Made by a program: the position numbers and the translations under genes | The notes under the pieces: model-generated | The model's database searches: none | The model's input: only the letters and a program-made list of their open reading frames with translations | What the model was told of the DNA's origin: nothing | From: a virus | IMG/VR virus record: IMGVR_UViG_3300030109_003751 | Span: 3,977-67,976 of that record | Strand: one strand, 5' to 3' | DNA length: 64,000 nucleotides | In this document: one piece after another, positions 46,273 to 56,983 of the stretch | How the letters are laid out: every line of letters starts with the position of its first letter | Position numbering within the stretch: position 1 is the first letter of the stretch

Positions 46273-47211
46273 TTATATTTGTTTAAATTCAACGTCTATT
46301 TTAGAATAATCAACTCTATCATAACCGTCTTTGTTTTTTATTACTGCACCCATTGGTATTTCATCTGACATAACACCTTGAAAAATACCTTGACCAAAAG
46401 CTTTATTAATATATTCAAAGTTGTATATTTTTAAACCACTTGGTGAATAACCTATTAGTTTTATATTTTCTTTTAATCTTCTGTCAGAAGCCGGAGGACC
46501 ACCACCACCCATCATCGCTATACTACCTATCTGCCCTATAGCACCTGTAATAGCGCTAGTCTTAGCGGCGTTAGCATCAGCTTGTCTTTGTCTTGCATTC
46601 TGAGCTGTAGCAGAGTATCTAGCTAAATCAGAAGCATCTCTATTTTCTTTAGCCTCAAATTCATAAGCTCTTCCTTGAGCTGTTGCAGCTTGTAATCTTT
46701 GTGCTTCACTCATTTCTATCATTTGCATCCTTTGTGCTTCACTCATTTTTATATCTTGAAGCTTAGCTTCTCCTTGAGCCATTAATTTTTCATTGTTTAC
46801 TTCTTGTTGCTCTATCCCAGCAGCAATACCTTTTTTACTTTTTAATGCGGCTTGAGCTAAAGCTGTAGCACCACCTGCACTAGCACCTGAAGATCTAATC
46901 GTGTCTAGTGTATTTGCTAATGCTATATCTGCTTCTTCCGCTTGCATCTCTGCTGCTTGGGTAGCAACTCCTAAATTAGCGTAAGGATTACTAGCCATAT
47001 CTGATACGTTCTCCGCTAGATGACTCGTGCTCGACACATGGGAATAAGGGTTTATTATTGATGCTCTACCTCTTTCTACATCTTTAACTCTTTTTTCTGC
47101 CCTTGCCGCTGCTGAACCTGCTTTTCTTGCGGCTCTACCCGCTGCTGCTGCGCCAATTGCGCCCGATGCTATTGCCGCTCCTCCCGCGACTATTGCTGTT
47201 ACTGCTGCCAT
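46273..47211 (-). CDS. Ala-rich pilot/ejection-like protein with C-terminal peptidase S74-like chaperone domain
   Basis: A/G-rich N-terminus; SDRRLKENI...GVMS.E...VDYSKI. Confidence 0.7.
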   Translation of the reverse strand: MAAVTAIVAGGAAIASGAIGAAAAGRAARKAGSAAARAEKRVKDVERGRASIINPYSHVSSTSHLAENVSDMASNPYANLGVATQAAEMQAEEADIALANTLDTIRSSGASAGGATALAQAALKSKKGIAAGIEQQEVNNEKLMAQGEAKLQDIKMSEAQRMQMIEMSEAQRLQAATAQGRAYEFEAKENRDASDLARYSATAQNARQRQADANAAKTSAITGAIGQIGSIAMMGGGGPPASDRRLKENIKLIGYSPSGLKIYNFEYINKAFGQGIFQGVMSDEIPMGAVIKNKDGYDRVDYSKIDVEFKQI

Positions 47212-47215
47212 ATTC

Positions 47216-47623
47216 TTAAATATTTTTTATTATTTCATATGAAGGTTTTTTATCAACCTTCCAATTTAATTTTTTATGAATATCAATTAAATGTTTATTT
47301 CTACCAATAGTAAACATATATTTATATCCTAATTCTTTACTTACGTTCTCTGCCCCGTTAATTAATAGCTCGATAGCTTGTTTTCTATCTTTATCTCTAT
47401 ACTCTGGATTAGAAACGATCCATTCTAACAACACTCCTTTTGAATTAGTAAGATATAAAAATCCTGCTACAATAGGTGTGTTATTTTTTTCTACCATAAA
47501 ACCACCTTTACCGTTATCTGGTAAAAAGTCTTGAGGTGGGTTTTCCCACTCTGGCCAAGTTGACCACCAAGATACTAACGTATCCCAATCGGTTTCTTTT
47601 AACCGACGAATATTTAATTCCAT
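47216..47623 (-). CDS. GNAT-like acetyltransferase fold protein
   Basis: Start MELNIRRL; WIVSNPEYR...AIELLI pattern resembles GNAT motif A. Confidence 0.55.
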   Translation of the reverse strand: MELNIRRLKETDWDTLVSWWSTWPEWENPPQDFLPDNGKGGFMVEKNNTPIVAGFLYLTNSKGVLLEWIVSNPEYRDKDRKQAIELLINGAENVSKELGYKYMFTIGRNKHLIDIHKKLNWKVDKKPSYEIIKNI

Positions 47624-47633
47624 ATAATTATAT

Positions 47634-48959
47634 TTAATAAGAAGATTCTGTAAAATCAGTTGAAGTTGCAAACAATTCATTCGTACCAGACGAAGCATCG
47701 TTAACTACACTTAATTTTGCTATTGCATAAAACCCCTTTATACCAGAGATTGATTTACCATAAATAACCTCACCACTAGTTGCGGCTGATGTATTTATTA
47801 AGTTTGCAAAATATTTATCTTCTTTTGCTTTAAATTTATTTGCTAATAATGAAGCTTCCATATCAGCCAACGTTGTTGGTACTGAGTATTTAGCTACAGC
47901 GTTTGCTGTATCTTCATTTGTTATAAAACTTTCTAATGTCCAGTTTGGTCCACCTTCATAATTTATAGTTTTAAATCTTTTTACAGATGATGGTTGTATA
48001 TTAAACACTGTTGTGATATTTGAATTACTTGTTGTCCCATAAAAAGTTGCTCTAGGTATAGGTGAACCAGCATCATCTTGAGTTACATAGTGTTGATAAA
48101 TAGTACCATCTTTTGTGTCACTGTGACCACTAGTTGTTGAGTAAAAATTATTACCTAAACTAAACATATCATCTGGTTTATAACTAAATAAACTTGTCCA
48201 ACCTAATACTTGCTCATCAAAATTTAATGTTTTATACGTGGATCCATCAGAGAATGCTGCTTGTGGTTGAATCGATACTGTATAACATTTATTATGTATA
48301 TCCCATCCACCGATTATTTTACCATTACCTAAGTTAGATAAATGATCTCTAAAGAAATCATACATACCATAATTAGATATTTCAGTTAAACCATCTCTTG
48401 ATAACCTCATAACTGATCCTTTTTCCGCATCAGTAAAATATTTTCTATAACCATATACGGCGAATGATTCTGGATTTGTGGATATACCAAACTCACCAGA
48501 ATAGGATGATATTTGCCCAATAACCACATTTGATGTGGTTTGAATAGGTGATCCTTCTGCTGTATATATAGCGTCTTTATCTATTAAAGCTCTATTTACT
48601 TTTCTTTCTTGAAAAATAATTAAATTAGTATCTTCAGCATGTAATTTTTGTATTGTTCCTTTTGAAGGATCTACAGATTTAGTTATATCTTTACCAGCGT
48701 TAAACACGTTTGTTTGGTTAATACCAGTTCTAGAATTAAACACACCTGAATAAATTAAAGAATTACCCAGAGACTGTTGTAAATTACTTTCAGCTTCAAT
48801 AAAAGCTCTTGGTGCTAGACCAGTTGATACATTGTTATAACCACCTCTTATTCTTGATTCTTCTATATACCAATTATATGAAGTACCATAAGTAGTTGTA
48901 TCAGCTATCTTCTTAAGAATATAGGTGTTATAGTATTTTATATCTACGCTTGTTGCCAT
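47634..48959 (-). CDS. Tail stabilisation/nozzle protein, C-terminal module
   Basis: EFGIS.NPESFA.YG..KYFTD...G.V.RLS.DGLT.IS beta-propeller-like motif. Confidence 0.65.
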   Translation of the reverse strand: MATSVDIKYYNTYILKKIADTTTYGTSYNWYIEESRIRGGYNNVSTGLAPRAFIEAESNLQQSLGNSLIYSGVFNSRTGINQTNVFNAGKDITKSVDPSKGTIQKLHAEDTNLIIFQERKVNRALIDKDAIYTAEGSPIQTTSNVVIGQISSYSGEFGISTNPESFAVYGYRKYFTDAEKGSVMRLSRDGLTEISNYGMYDFFRDHLSNLGNGKIIGGWDIHNKCYTVSIQPQAAFSDGSTYKTLNFDEQVLGWTSLFSYKPDDMFSLGNNFYSTTSGHSDTKDGTIYQHYVTQDDAGSPIPRATFYGTTSNSNITTVFNIQPSSVKRFKTINYEGGPNWTLESFITNEDTANAVAKYSVPTTLADMEASLLANKFKAKEDKYFANLINTSAATSGEVIYGKSISGIKGFYAIAKLSVVNDASSGTNELFATSTDFTESSY

Positions 48960-48968
48960 TTTTTATTA

Positions 48969-48992
48969 TCACTTATTTATTTAGTTACTTAC
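48969..48992 (-). promoter_or_regulatory. Putative phage-sigma internal promoter
   Basis: Minus strand GTAAGTAACTAAATAAATAAGTGA, 9 nt before ATG 48959. Confidence 0.5.
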
Positions 48993-51900
48993 TACAATTC
49001 AGGTCCAGTTTCTCCAGAACTAGATGTTGCTGTAGGTGTTTCACCGTCACCATACATAGGTGGATTGGTATAGGTTGTTGGGTCCATTGATACCAGATTA
49101 CCACTTGGAATAGTTGCTATATCATCTGAAAGACTTCCTTTTGTTGCTACTATATTTATTTGATAACCACTACCATTTGCTTCAGGGATAGTAACATAAG
49201 CATTAGTTATAGCACAATTCGTATAATCATATGGTGTACCCGTCCCTGGTGATTTTTGACCAGGTTTAATTCCAGCATTAACTACATTAGCAGCATTACT
49301 AAAAGCTTCTAAGTAAGCTAATTTTCTATAATTTGAATACCCTGTATATGAAGGTCCTGTACCTGTAAATGAAGGCGCCACTGGTGCACCACCTGTAATA
49401 TCTACTGGTGGAGCATCTTGATCTATATATTCTCCAAAAGCTGATGTAGTACTAGTTCGAGCATTTTTAAATTGTACACTAATTGTTGACGATCCTGCCC
49501 CAAATACTTTACCTACTCTAACAAATAATGTAATTGCATCAGTTGTCCAATTTTGGAATGTTCCAATCCATATAGGGTTTGTTGTTGTCATTCCCGATGT
49601 ACAATCATTAGCGCCACTACTTTGTAGTACTAATGATGAACCAGTTGTGTTTCCAGTTGTATTAGGTTTAGGATTACCCACACATACATCAAACGAAGAG
49701 TTTATTATACTACCATCGTATCTATCGCTAGGTCCAGTAAATGTTATATCTGTTGAAACCGCAGCACCTAATGCATCAGTTAAAGTAGCTGTAACAACAT
49801 ATGTACTACTAGCTACTAACGTATAACCACCAGTCGTTGTCATTCCAAAACCATAATTACTTGTTGCTGGATCATCTGTTAAACAATCTGCCGTGCTATT
49901 TGATCCCTGAGTATTAATAGTAAAATAACTACCAACTGTTTGACTTGCCCCGTCTATTGTTAAAGCTGTTAACGTCCAACCAGCTCCACTAGCTGATGGG
50001 AATAAATATCTTTGACATGCATCTGCACTACCGTTTACACCAGTTGGTCCCGCACCGTTTGTGAATATAGTTGCTGACCCTAGTGTTGGTGTTGGTTGTG
50101 AGTATGAATTTATAATTGGGTTAATATTTTCTAACGTAGTATTAAAGCTTTGAGTAGAAGCTGTACCATCAGACTGGGTAAACTGTATAGTAAATTCAAA
50201 ATACCCCGTGTTAGCATTATCCTCACTTGCATAAAACACTCCGTTTGTTGTAACTTTAAAAGAACCCGTTTGACTTCCATTATTTAAAGTAAATTTGCTT
50301 GTTTCATTAACGTTTAAATTACCTCCTGTATCTTTAGAAAACACTGATTGTAAAGTAGCTGTTGTATCAGTAACATTTTGCCCACCCGCTGTAGGAAAAA
50401 AATCATTTGTTATATCACTTCCACTAACCAAACCTTCATTAAAAGAAACTGTTATACTAGATAGACCAGTTATTGCCCCACTTTCGTTTTGTACATTATA
50501 ATTTAAATCTGATACTAATCCAGCGGTTGAAGTTTCCCAGTACAATTCTAACCGCGATATAACAGGTTTTGTTTCATAAACCGCTAAATTCATATCATCC
50601 GGATATGGACTAGGTGATACTGGTATCTCATACGCATCTTCATCTAAACCAATTGGTTTTTGGGTTGTAAACTTAGCTATATATGGTTTAGATAAATAAT
50701 CATAAATACAATATTGATTTATTTCATCTGCATCACTTCCAGCGGCAATACCTGGGAATACGTCTGCAATTGTCCCTATTAATTCAACTTTATCAGAATT
50801 ACTACTTGGTATAAATTGTTGATTACCAGGGTTGTTACTTGCATTGTACAAAGTGTTAGTTACTCTACCATACATTCTAACGTCGCTATTAAATTGATCA
50901 TCTAATGGACCAACCTCTTGAAGGTTTCTAGGTACTTTATTTATATTATCAGCTATTAAAGTAATAAAACCTATTTCACCTTGTTCATCCGTGTTTGAAA
51001 CAATTGGATAACCACTGACTATACCAGGTAAATAAACATTATAATATTCTTGTTCTTGTTGTTTTATAGCAACTCTATATGTATACCAACCATTTGGGTT
51101 TATTGAATAAGTTGCCCATGTTCCACCTGTTGTTGGTAATTCAGGTTCTGGTCTATCAGTTGTTCCATTTGCTTTGAAAAAATAAGTATCTGCTACTTGA
51201 TCTTTAGTTTCTACTGTAAAATACTGACTAGGATAAATACCACTTATACCGCTAACAGCTGTTATTTCTGTATAATCTTTATATTTTCCTCTCATATATC
51301 TACCAACTTGATATGGAGCATCAGCTCCAACTGTCATTTCTTCAACACACCCACTACCAATTGGATCACAAGGGTTTATATTTATTATTTTAGATTTAAA
51401 TCTTTTATTAAGACCTGGCGTAGAAGAATTACCATAGTAAATTTGAAATCTTACTTCAGAACTACTTGTTAAAGTAACATTATCAGTACCACTTTGATCA
51501 TAAGTTAGTTCTACTTCATTATCAGTACCTTCGGCGATAGAATAACTAAAACCATTTTTCCACCCATCACCGTTATTTACAAAAAAATCATAAGTATTCG
51601 CAGCATCATTAGCATCGTCATATTCTAAACCTGAAAAGGAAAATGTAAAAATATCACCAGTTGGAGCCACATACCCCACATCTTGACTACTTAAATCTTC
51701 AAAATATGCACTAGCAGCATTAGCAGCAGCTACTGTGTAATAAGTACCGCTAGCATAAGCACCTGGATAACCACTAATTGCTGAGAAATTTATTTGCTCT
51801 GGTATAGTATTATTAAAGTTTAGTTTTAAATTATCACCATTCCAACCCTCAACATTATTTGCAAATGCAACATTTTTATAATTATTATAAATATTAGAAC

Positions 51901-53833
51901 CAGGTTGAGGATCTCCACTTGCATCTAATTTACCGTCATAACTAGATAATATTATATCAGTTTGTCTACCATATTTATCAGCTAAAATTATACCTACTTG
52001 ATAATTTCTATTTTGTTTAATAGAATGATTAGGGTATTCTGTTGTTTGTTGTGCGCTTTTCTCTCCAATGCTAACATAATAATCTAAAGCAGTTGGTGCA
52101 GAGTATCCTTCAGTTAAATTTCCATATATAATTCTATTACCTGAACTTTCTTGTGCTAAAGACCTAACTGGTACTTTATCAAAAACCCTAGTATTTTCAT
52201 CTTGAGGTAACGTTTTAAATGGTATCGTTGATTGATAATTGTATTGATATACATTTGTATTAGTTAAACTTGATTTAAAACTAGCATCTACAGGGATAGA
52301 TTCTAATACTTGATAAGCTAAACCATCAGATTCTTTAAATATAATTTCTAATCTATTAATTTTATAATCTTCTAAAATATCTGTAGAAGGTAATTCAATA
52401 TTTAGTATAGCATTATTGATGTTGTTTTGCATAAATTCTACAACAGTTGTTCTAAACGCAGCGTCTTCATCGCTAGAGATTATGTTTCCATCACTATCTA
52501 GTACTGTAAGAAATCTACCTTCTTGTTGAGGTATAAAAACATCTTGACTAAATGGTGCTATTAAAGAATATTCATTATCATCAAATTTAAATCTATAACT
52601 AAATTTAACAAATTTATCTACTAAAAACTCAGGATCACCTTGCCACCCTCTATATCCAGCATTTTTTATACAACGTACTGATCTACCTGCTAACCTAGGA
52701 TTACTTCCAGGAGCAGTAACTTTTGTAGCACTAGCTGAATCATATTCTAGTTTATAGTAATCATCATCACTATCATCACTTGTCCAATAAGTTGCTTGCT
52801 CACCAATGTTAGCAAATGTAGCGCCTGGATCTCTTTCTCCACTAGCTACAGCTGCAAATCCTGTAGAATTATTACCTGGAACACCACCGCTTGTTTTCCA
52901 TGTAGGTATACCTTTTAATTGAGTACCAGCATCACTTAATCCACTTATCATAGTATCCCATTGTGATTCGGTAGGTATAGCAAAACCTATAGGTGCTAAA
53001 CCTCTAGAATCTAAAACAGCCCACTTATTATATAGTTTTCCATAAGTAGCGCTATTATTAAAATCATTATCGTAATAACACCAGCATCCTTCTTGATCTG
53101 TATTTTTAGCATCCCAATCCGTAGCATTTTCTACGTGTGGTATTTCATCTCCATTTTGATATGTTGATACATTTAAATTATTTTCTGTCCAATCTAAAGA
53201 ACCTATAGTTGTTGTTTCAGGATCCGCAGCATTAGACATAGTTCCTGGAAATGGAGTTAAAGTACTTCTTAAATTTATATATTCAGGAGCATTCCATGGT
53301 GCGTATTTAGCAACAGATATTTGATCTTCATTTGTATAATAAGGAGTTGAAGAGTCAGCGTCAAAAGTAACAGCACTATCTACATTTATTTTACGTGGTT
53401 GATTTTTATTGTCAGTCCAAAATAATAAACTTTCTACTAAATTAATTCCATATATAGGAAATTGTTTAGATAAATTTAAAAAACTCCCACGAACTAAAGT
53501 TTTAGCGTTATTAGTGCTAGTATTATATCTTATTATCTCACATAAATTAGATGAAGCGGCTCTATCAGTTAATCCACCATCAAAATCCGTAACAAAATAA
53601 TAAATATAACCATTACTTTCATCGGTATATTGTCCAATAATTTTATTTCCACTAGCTCCAGTAACATTTATTTGTTTATTACCTAGTATAGCTTCTAAAG
53701 CCCCGACATCACTGCCTTCGGACCTGGATACAGCAACGTTTTCAGCATCCCGATATTCATTATTAGGAAGTAGTCTATCATCCAAGTCTTTATTCATCTT
53801 GGATTTAATAAAACTATTTTTGTTTTCTGGCAT
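48992..53833 (-). CDS. Large tail protein (stabilisation protein N-terminal module) with inserted Fib_succ_major-like domain
   Basis: MNKDLDDRL.P..EYRDA.N and LFWTD..NQPRKIN; insert with W..NL, YGKLYNW-like and G.SVRC motifs. Confidence 0.7.
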   Translation of the reverse strand: MPENKNSFIKSKMNKDLDDRLLPNNEYRDAENVAVSRSEGSDVGALEAILGNKQINVTGASGNKIIGQYTDESNGYIYYFVTDFDGGLTDRAASSNLCEIIRYNTSTNNAKTLVRGSFLNLSKQFPIYGINLVESLLFWTDNKNQPRKINVDSAVTFDADSSTPYYTNEDQISVAKYAPWNAPEYINLRSTLTPFPGTMSNAADPETTTIGSLDWTENNLNVSTYQNGDEIPHVENATDWDAKNTDQEGCWCYYDNDFNNSATYGKLYNKWAVLDSRGLAPIGFAIPTESQWDTMISGLSDAGTQLKGIPTWKTSGGVPGNNSTGFAAVASGERDPGATFANIGEQATYWTSDDSDDDYYKLEYDSASATKVTAPGSNPRLAGRSVRCIKNAGYRGWQGDPEFLVDKFVKFSYRFKFDDNEYSLIAPFSQDVFIPQQEGRFLTVLDSDGNIISSDEDAAFRTTVVEFMQNNINNAILNIELPSTDILEDYKINRLEIIFKESDGLAYQVLESIPVDASFKSSLTNTNVYQYNYQSTIPFKTLPQDENTRVFDKVPVRSLAQESSGNRIIYGNLTEGYSAPTALDYYVSIGEKSAQQTTEYPNHSIKQNRNYQVGIILADKYGRQTDIILSSYDGKLDASGDPQPGSNIYNNYKNVAFANNVEGWNGDNLKLNFNNTIPEQINFSAISGYPGAYASGTYYTVAAANAASAYFEDLSSQDVGYVAPTGDIFTFSFSGLEYDDANDAANTYDFFVNNGDGWKNGFSYSIAEGTDNEVELTYDQSGTDNVTLTSSSEVRFQIYYGNSSTPGLNKRFKSKIININPCDPIGSGCVEEMTVGADAPYQVGRYMRGKYKDYTEITAVSGISGIYPSQYFTVETKDQVADTYFFKANGTTDRPEPELPTTGGTWATYSINPNGWYTYRVAIKQQEQEYYNVYLPGIVSGYPIVSNTDEQGEIGFITLIADNINKVPRNLQEVGPLDDQFNSDVRMYGRVTNTLYNASNNPGNQQFIPSSNSDKVELIGTIADVFPGIAAGSDADEINQYCIYDYLSKPYIAKFTTQKPIGLDEDAYEIPVSPSPYPDDMNLAVYETKPVISRLELYWETSTAGLVSDLNYNVQNESGAITGLSSITVSFNEGLVSGSDITNDFFPTAGGQNVTDTTATLQSVFSKDTGGNLNVNETSKFTLNNGSQTGSFKVTTNGVFYASEDNANTGYFEFTIQFTQSDGTASTQSFNTTLENINPIINSYSQPTPTLGSATIFTNGAGPTGVNGSADACQRYLFPSASGAGWTLTALTIDGASQTVGSYFTINTQGSNSTADCLTDDPATSNYGFGMTTTGGYTLVASSTYVVTATLTDALGAAVSTDITFTGPSDRYDGSIINSSFDVCVGNPKPNTTGNTTGSSLVLQSSGANDCTSGMTTTNPIWIGTFQNWTTDAITLFVRVGKVFGAGSSTISVQFKNARTSTTSAFGEYIDQDAPPVDITGGAPVAPSFTGTGPSYTGYSNYRKLAYLEAFSNAANVVNAGIKPGQKSPGTGTPYDYTNCAITNAYVTIPEANGSGYQINIVATKGSLSDDIATIPSGNLVSMDPTTYTNPPMYGDGETPTATSSSGETGPEL

Positions 53834-55059
53834 TAGTATTTAATTATTTTCGATTTATTTCTCATTACTTGGACTATCTCATTTAACTTTATGTTAGATA
53901 ATCTTATTTTAGCATTTCTTAATTTATTACTTCGTTCTCTTTTCCATCTTTGAACAACGTACTCAGGTTGATTGATTCTACTAGCTAGTATAGAGTAATT
54001 TATATGTGCATATAAGGCATCTTCTGCCATTTTAGGTACTTTAGTATCTAAATCATATGCTAAGCCATCAGAGACATATTCTAATATAATTGTAGCATCT
54101 TTTAAATTACTACTAAAAGAAAATTTTCCTTCTCTTTCATTTATAGTAAACCAACCATTGAATTGAGACGTTTCAGGATTTAACCCATATCTTCTACCAT
54201 AAGCCCATCTACTAAAATACCAAGGATCATCGTAATTTTCTGCATAACCTCTCCAATAATCATTAGTCCAATTTTGAGTTATTAATTTATCATTAGCTGT
54301 TCTCCATGCTTCTTCTGTTTGTGAAGTACCTGTTATATTACTACCAAAATTATCTTGAGTTGGTACACCATCATCATCTTGAATAGGTGATTCATATGGA
54401 TCACTTGTTAGACCATTTGCTGGATATATGGGATGTAATACACCTTGATTATCAATCCATTTTAAACTAACATAGTTTACATAATCTTGAGGTATAATAA
54501 CACTTAAACTTTGGTTTGGTAAAGTTAATTCTTGTGATTTTATACTTTTTAAAGTATCATAACTAAACTCTTGTAAACCTCTTTTAGCATGAAAAATTAC
54601 ATCAGTTCTTTTTACATTTGGTATTAATTTATCTTCTCCAACATAGGCTATCAAAAAGTTTTCAATAATATCTTTTAATTTAGTATAAGCATAACTTTGA
54701 AAATTTTGTTCTTTAGGTTGTTCTTTTATTTCACATATAAAAAATGAATTTTGTGCAATAGCATTTTGTAATGTTACTATATTTCCTTTTACCGATGTTA
54801 TTATATAATTAGAATTATTTTGCGTAGTATATTCAGTCCAATTATATCCATCAACACTTACATAAAACCTTTGATTGTTTAAACTAAAATTTGTGTCTGT
54901 TGTGCTGTTACTATAATAAATTAACTCTGTATTAAAGCTACTAAAATCAAATACCGTTTGACCTCCAAGGTCTTCTACATGAATCATAGCTCTTCCCGCG
55001 TAATATTGCTGATTTGATTCTGTTATCAAACCGTTGTTAGGTGGTTTTATTCCTGCCAT
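53833..55059 (-). CDS. Putative tail tubular/adaptor protein
   Basis: 408 aa in the tail operon; P.DYVNYV and LEY.SDG. Confidence 0.55.
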   Translation of the reverse strand: MAGIKPPNNGLITESNQQYYAGRAMIHVEDLGGQTVFDFSSFNTELIYYSNSTTDTNFSLNNQRFYVSVDGYNWTEYTTQNNSNYIITSVKGNIVTLQNAIAQNSFFICEIKEQPKEQNFQSYAYTKLKDIIENFLIAYVGEDKLIPNVKRTDVIFHAKRGLQEFSYDTLKSIKSQELTLPNQSLSVIIPQDYVNYVSLKWIDNQGVLHPIYPANGLTSDPYESPIQDDDGVPTQDNFGSNITGTSQTEEAWRTANDKLITQNWTNDYWRGYAENYDDPWYFSRWAYGRRYGLNPETSQFNGWFTINEREGKFSFSSNLKDATIILEYVSDGLAYDLDTKVPKMAEDALYAHINYSILASRINQPEYVVQRWKRERSNKLRNAKIRLSNIKLNEIVQVMRNKSKIIKY

Positions 55060-55065
55060 AATTTA

Positions 55066-56013
55066 TTATATTTTTTCGTTTTGTTCTTGTTGTGCAATTT
55101 CTTGAGCTGCAGCTTGTACTATACTTGGGTCTTTTATAACAACTCCAGCATATAGTAAAATTTGCAATATAACATTTGTTTGTTCTTGAGGGTCTAGTTC
55201 AAAATCTACAGATGTAGTAGGGTTGTATTCATAATAACCACTTGGCGATGTAAAATTCCACACTGGATCGTTTGGTTTTTTAACATAAGACGCTTGTATA
55301 TTATCTTTAATACTTTCTGGATAAACTATAACTCTATCTTGTTCATATAAATAAACAGGGAAAGCTGTTGATGGTTTTGTATATGAAGATAAATTTAATT
55401 TTATTAACTCTGATCTTGTGATAGGTTGTAGCTCTTGTTCTTCGTTATAAATAATAGTACCTAATTTATAAAAATCTTTAGGATATATTGTTACTACTAA
55501 TGTAGATCCTGTTGCAACTGTGGGTGTAAGTACTAAATTACCACCGGTAATGCTCCATAGTGATGAATCCATTAAGACACCATCTTTAGTTACGGTTACT
55601 GTACTATCTTCAGCTTGAGCTTGAGTAAAACTTGTGATTTCATAATCTGTTTGTAAATTAACAGAGGCAAACGATTGGTTTGCGGTAGGGGTACTAGAAG
55701 AACTAGGTACTGTAAAGTATCCATAGTTTTGATAAGAAATAGGAATAGTAAGATCAGCAGCTGTATAAGTACAAGCACCTACTCTTTTAAAGATTTCTAT
55801 TTTTTCATTAACTGATTTAACACGATTAGCATAGTCACTATCGTTTTGTGGCACACGTATTTGTTGGTTCAAGGTATCAAAATAAGTATCAAATATTTCT
55901 AATTGTACTTGCCTACCTATTTTATTAAACTCATCTGGAGTTAAATAACCTCTTTGTTCTTTATTTATTATTAATAAGACTGTTTTGTAAACCTGATCTA
56001 CGTTTATGGCCAT
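55066..56013 (-). CDS. Putative head-tail adaptor protein
   Basis: 315 aa; NKEQRGY.TP.EFN and Y.KKP..P.W. Confidence 0.55.
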   Translation of the reverse strand: MAINVDQVYKTVLLIINKEQRGYLTPDEFNKIGRQVQLEIFDTYFDTLNQQIRVPQNDSDYANRVKSVNEKIEIFKRVGACTYTAADLTIPISYQNYGYFTVPSSSSTPTANQSFASVNLQTDYEITSFTQAQAEDSTVTVTKDGVLMDSSLWSITGGNLVLTPTVATGSTLVVTIYPKDFYKLGTIIYNEEQELQPITRSELIKLNLSSYTKPSTAFPVYLYEQDRVIVYPESIKDNIQASYVKKPNDPVWNFTSPSGYYEYNPTTSVDFELDPQEQTNVILQILLYAGVVIKDPSIVQAAAQEIAQQEQNEKI

Positions 56014-56040
56014 TGTAATATTTTTATTTAATTTATATAA

Positions 56041-56060
56041 GGGCTCAAATAAATGAGCCC
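56041..56060 (-). terminator. Hairpin, possible terminator
   Basis: GGGCTCA-AATAAA-TGAGCCC with TATATA flanks. Confidence 0.5.
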
Positions 56061-56075
56061 GTATATAATAATGTG

Positions 56076-56912
56076 TTATTTAAGTTTTTTCATTATTGAT
56101 TTAAAAACTTCTACACCTTCATCTGTCTTAAAGAATGCAGCACATGCTGACCAAGGATTTTCATCAAATGGTACTGTAAGTAACTTTCTATCATTACTCG
56201 CCCAATGAATAGTTCTTTGATCTTGAGATAATTTAATAATCCCAGCGGATTGTGCTCTCAATGCAAGATTTCTTAACTCAACATTTTCATCATTAGCAAG
56301 TTCTAAAAATAACTTAGGTTTTCTCTTAGCAAATAATACTAAGTCTCTTTTAAGTTCTTTTGAACTCATTTTTTCAACTTTAGAACCTTCTTCTACTCTC
56401 ATTATTGCTTCTGCTTGATCAATTTCCATGTTCAATGCAGCTGTTGCAGCATTAAGTTCTAATTCTATATCTTCTAATTCACTTGTGGCTTTTATAATAG
56501 GTTTCATTTCATTATAAATTTTATTTAAGCCTGGATGATATAAAGATAATAGTCTTTGTAAATTCTGTTTTTCTTTGGGGACATGTAAAACCCCATCTTC
56601 AAAAACTATATGCGCTAACGTAGCTACTCCTTTTTGTTCATCTACAAAGGGAGACTTCTGATTAGTTGCATAACGTAGTTCTCTTTGATAACCTTTTTCT
56701 TTATCAAACCACATTAAAGGAAATCTTTGTGTGTGTTTTGAAGCCAATGTAAAGGTTAAAGGAGATTGATTATTTGATAAATAATAATTCCTGCTTTTTA
56801 TTTCCCACCCATTATTAATTGAATGGTTTTTAGGTTTTGCTATAGGTTTGTCAATTACTTGAGTTTCCTTTTCAACAAACACCTCTGCTTTTTGTTTTGC
56901 TTTTTTTGTCAT
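56076..56912 (-). CDS. Conserved protein downstream of the capsid gene
   Basis: 278 aa; RELRYA.NQ.SPFVDEQ. Confidence 0.65.
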   Translation of the reverse strand: MTKKAKQKAEVFVEKETQVIDKPIAKPKNHSINNGWEIKSRNYYLSNNQSPLTFTLASKHTQRFPLMWFDKEKGYQRELRYATNQKSPFVDEQKGVATLAHIVFEDGVLHVPKEKQNLQRLLSLYHPGLNKIYNEMKPIIKATSELEDIELELNAATAALNMEIDQAEAIMRVEEGSKVEKMSSKELKRDLVLFAKRKPKLFLELANDENVELRNLALRAQSAGIIKLSQDQRTIHWASNDRKLLTVPFDENPWSACAAFFKTDEGVEVFKSIMKKLK

Positions 56913-56941
56913 AATATAATATAATTAAATAGTTAAAAAAT

Positions 56942-56975
56942 AAAAGCCTAGGGATCCGAAGATCCCTTTGCTTTT
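56942..56975 (-). terminator. Intrinsic terminator after the major capsid gene
   Basis: Minus strand AAAAGC..AGGGATC-TTCG-GATCCCT..GCTTTT followed by a T tract. Confidence 0.8.
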
Positions 56976-56983
56976 AATTGTTA

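Noticed and set aside
48960-48994. Stop read-through or recoding that joins the two tail modules
   Set aside because: TAG is followed at once by TAA and another in-frame TAA; long genes are intact in the standard code and no suppressor tRNA was seen
52661-53210. Diversity-generating retroelement
   Set aside because: No reverse transcriptase or template/variable repeat pair seen in the window
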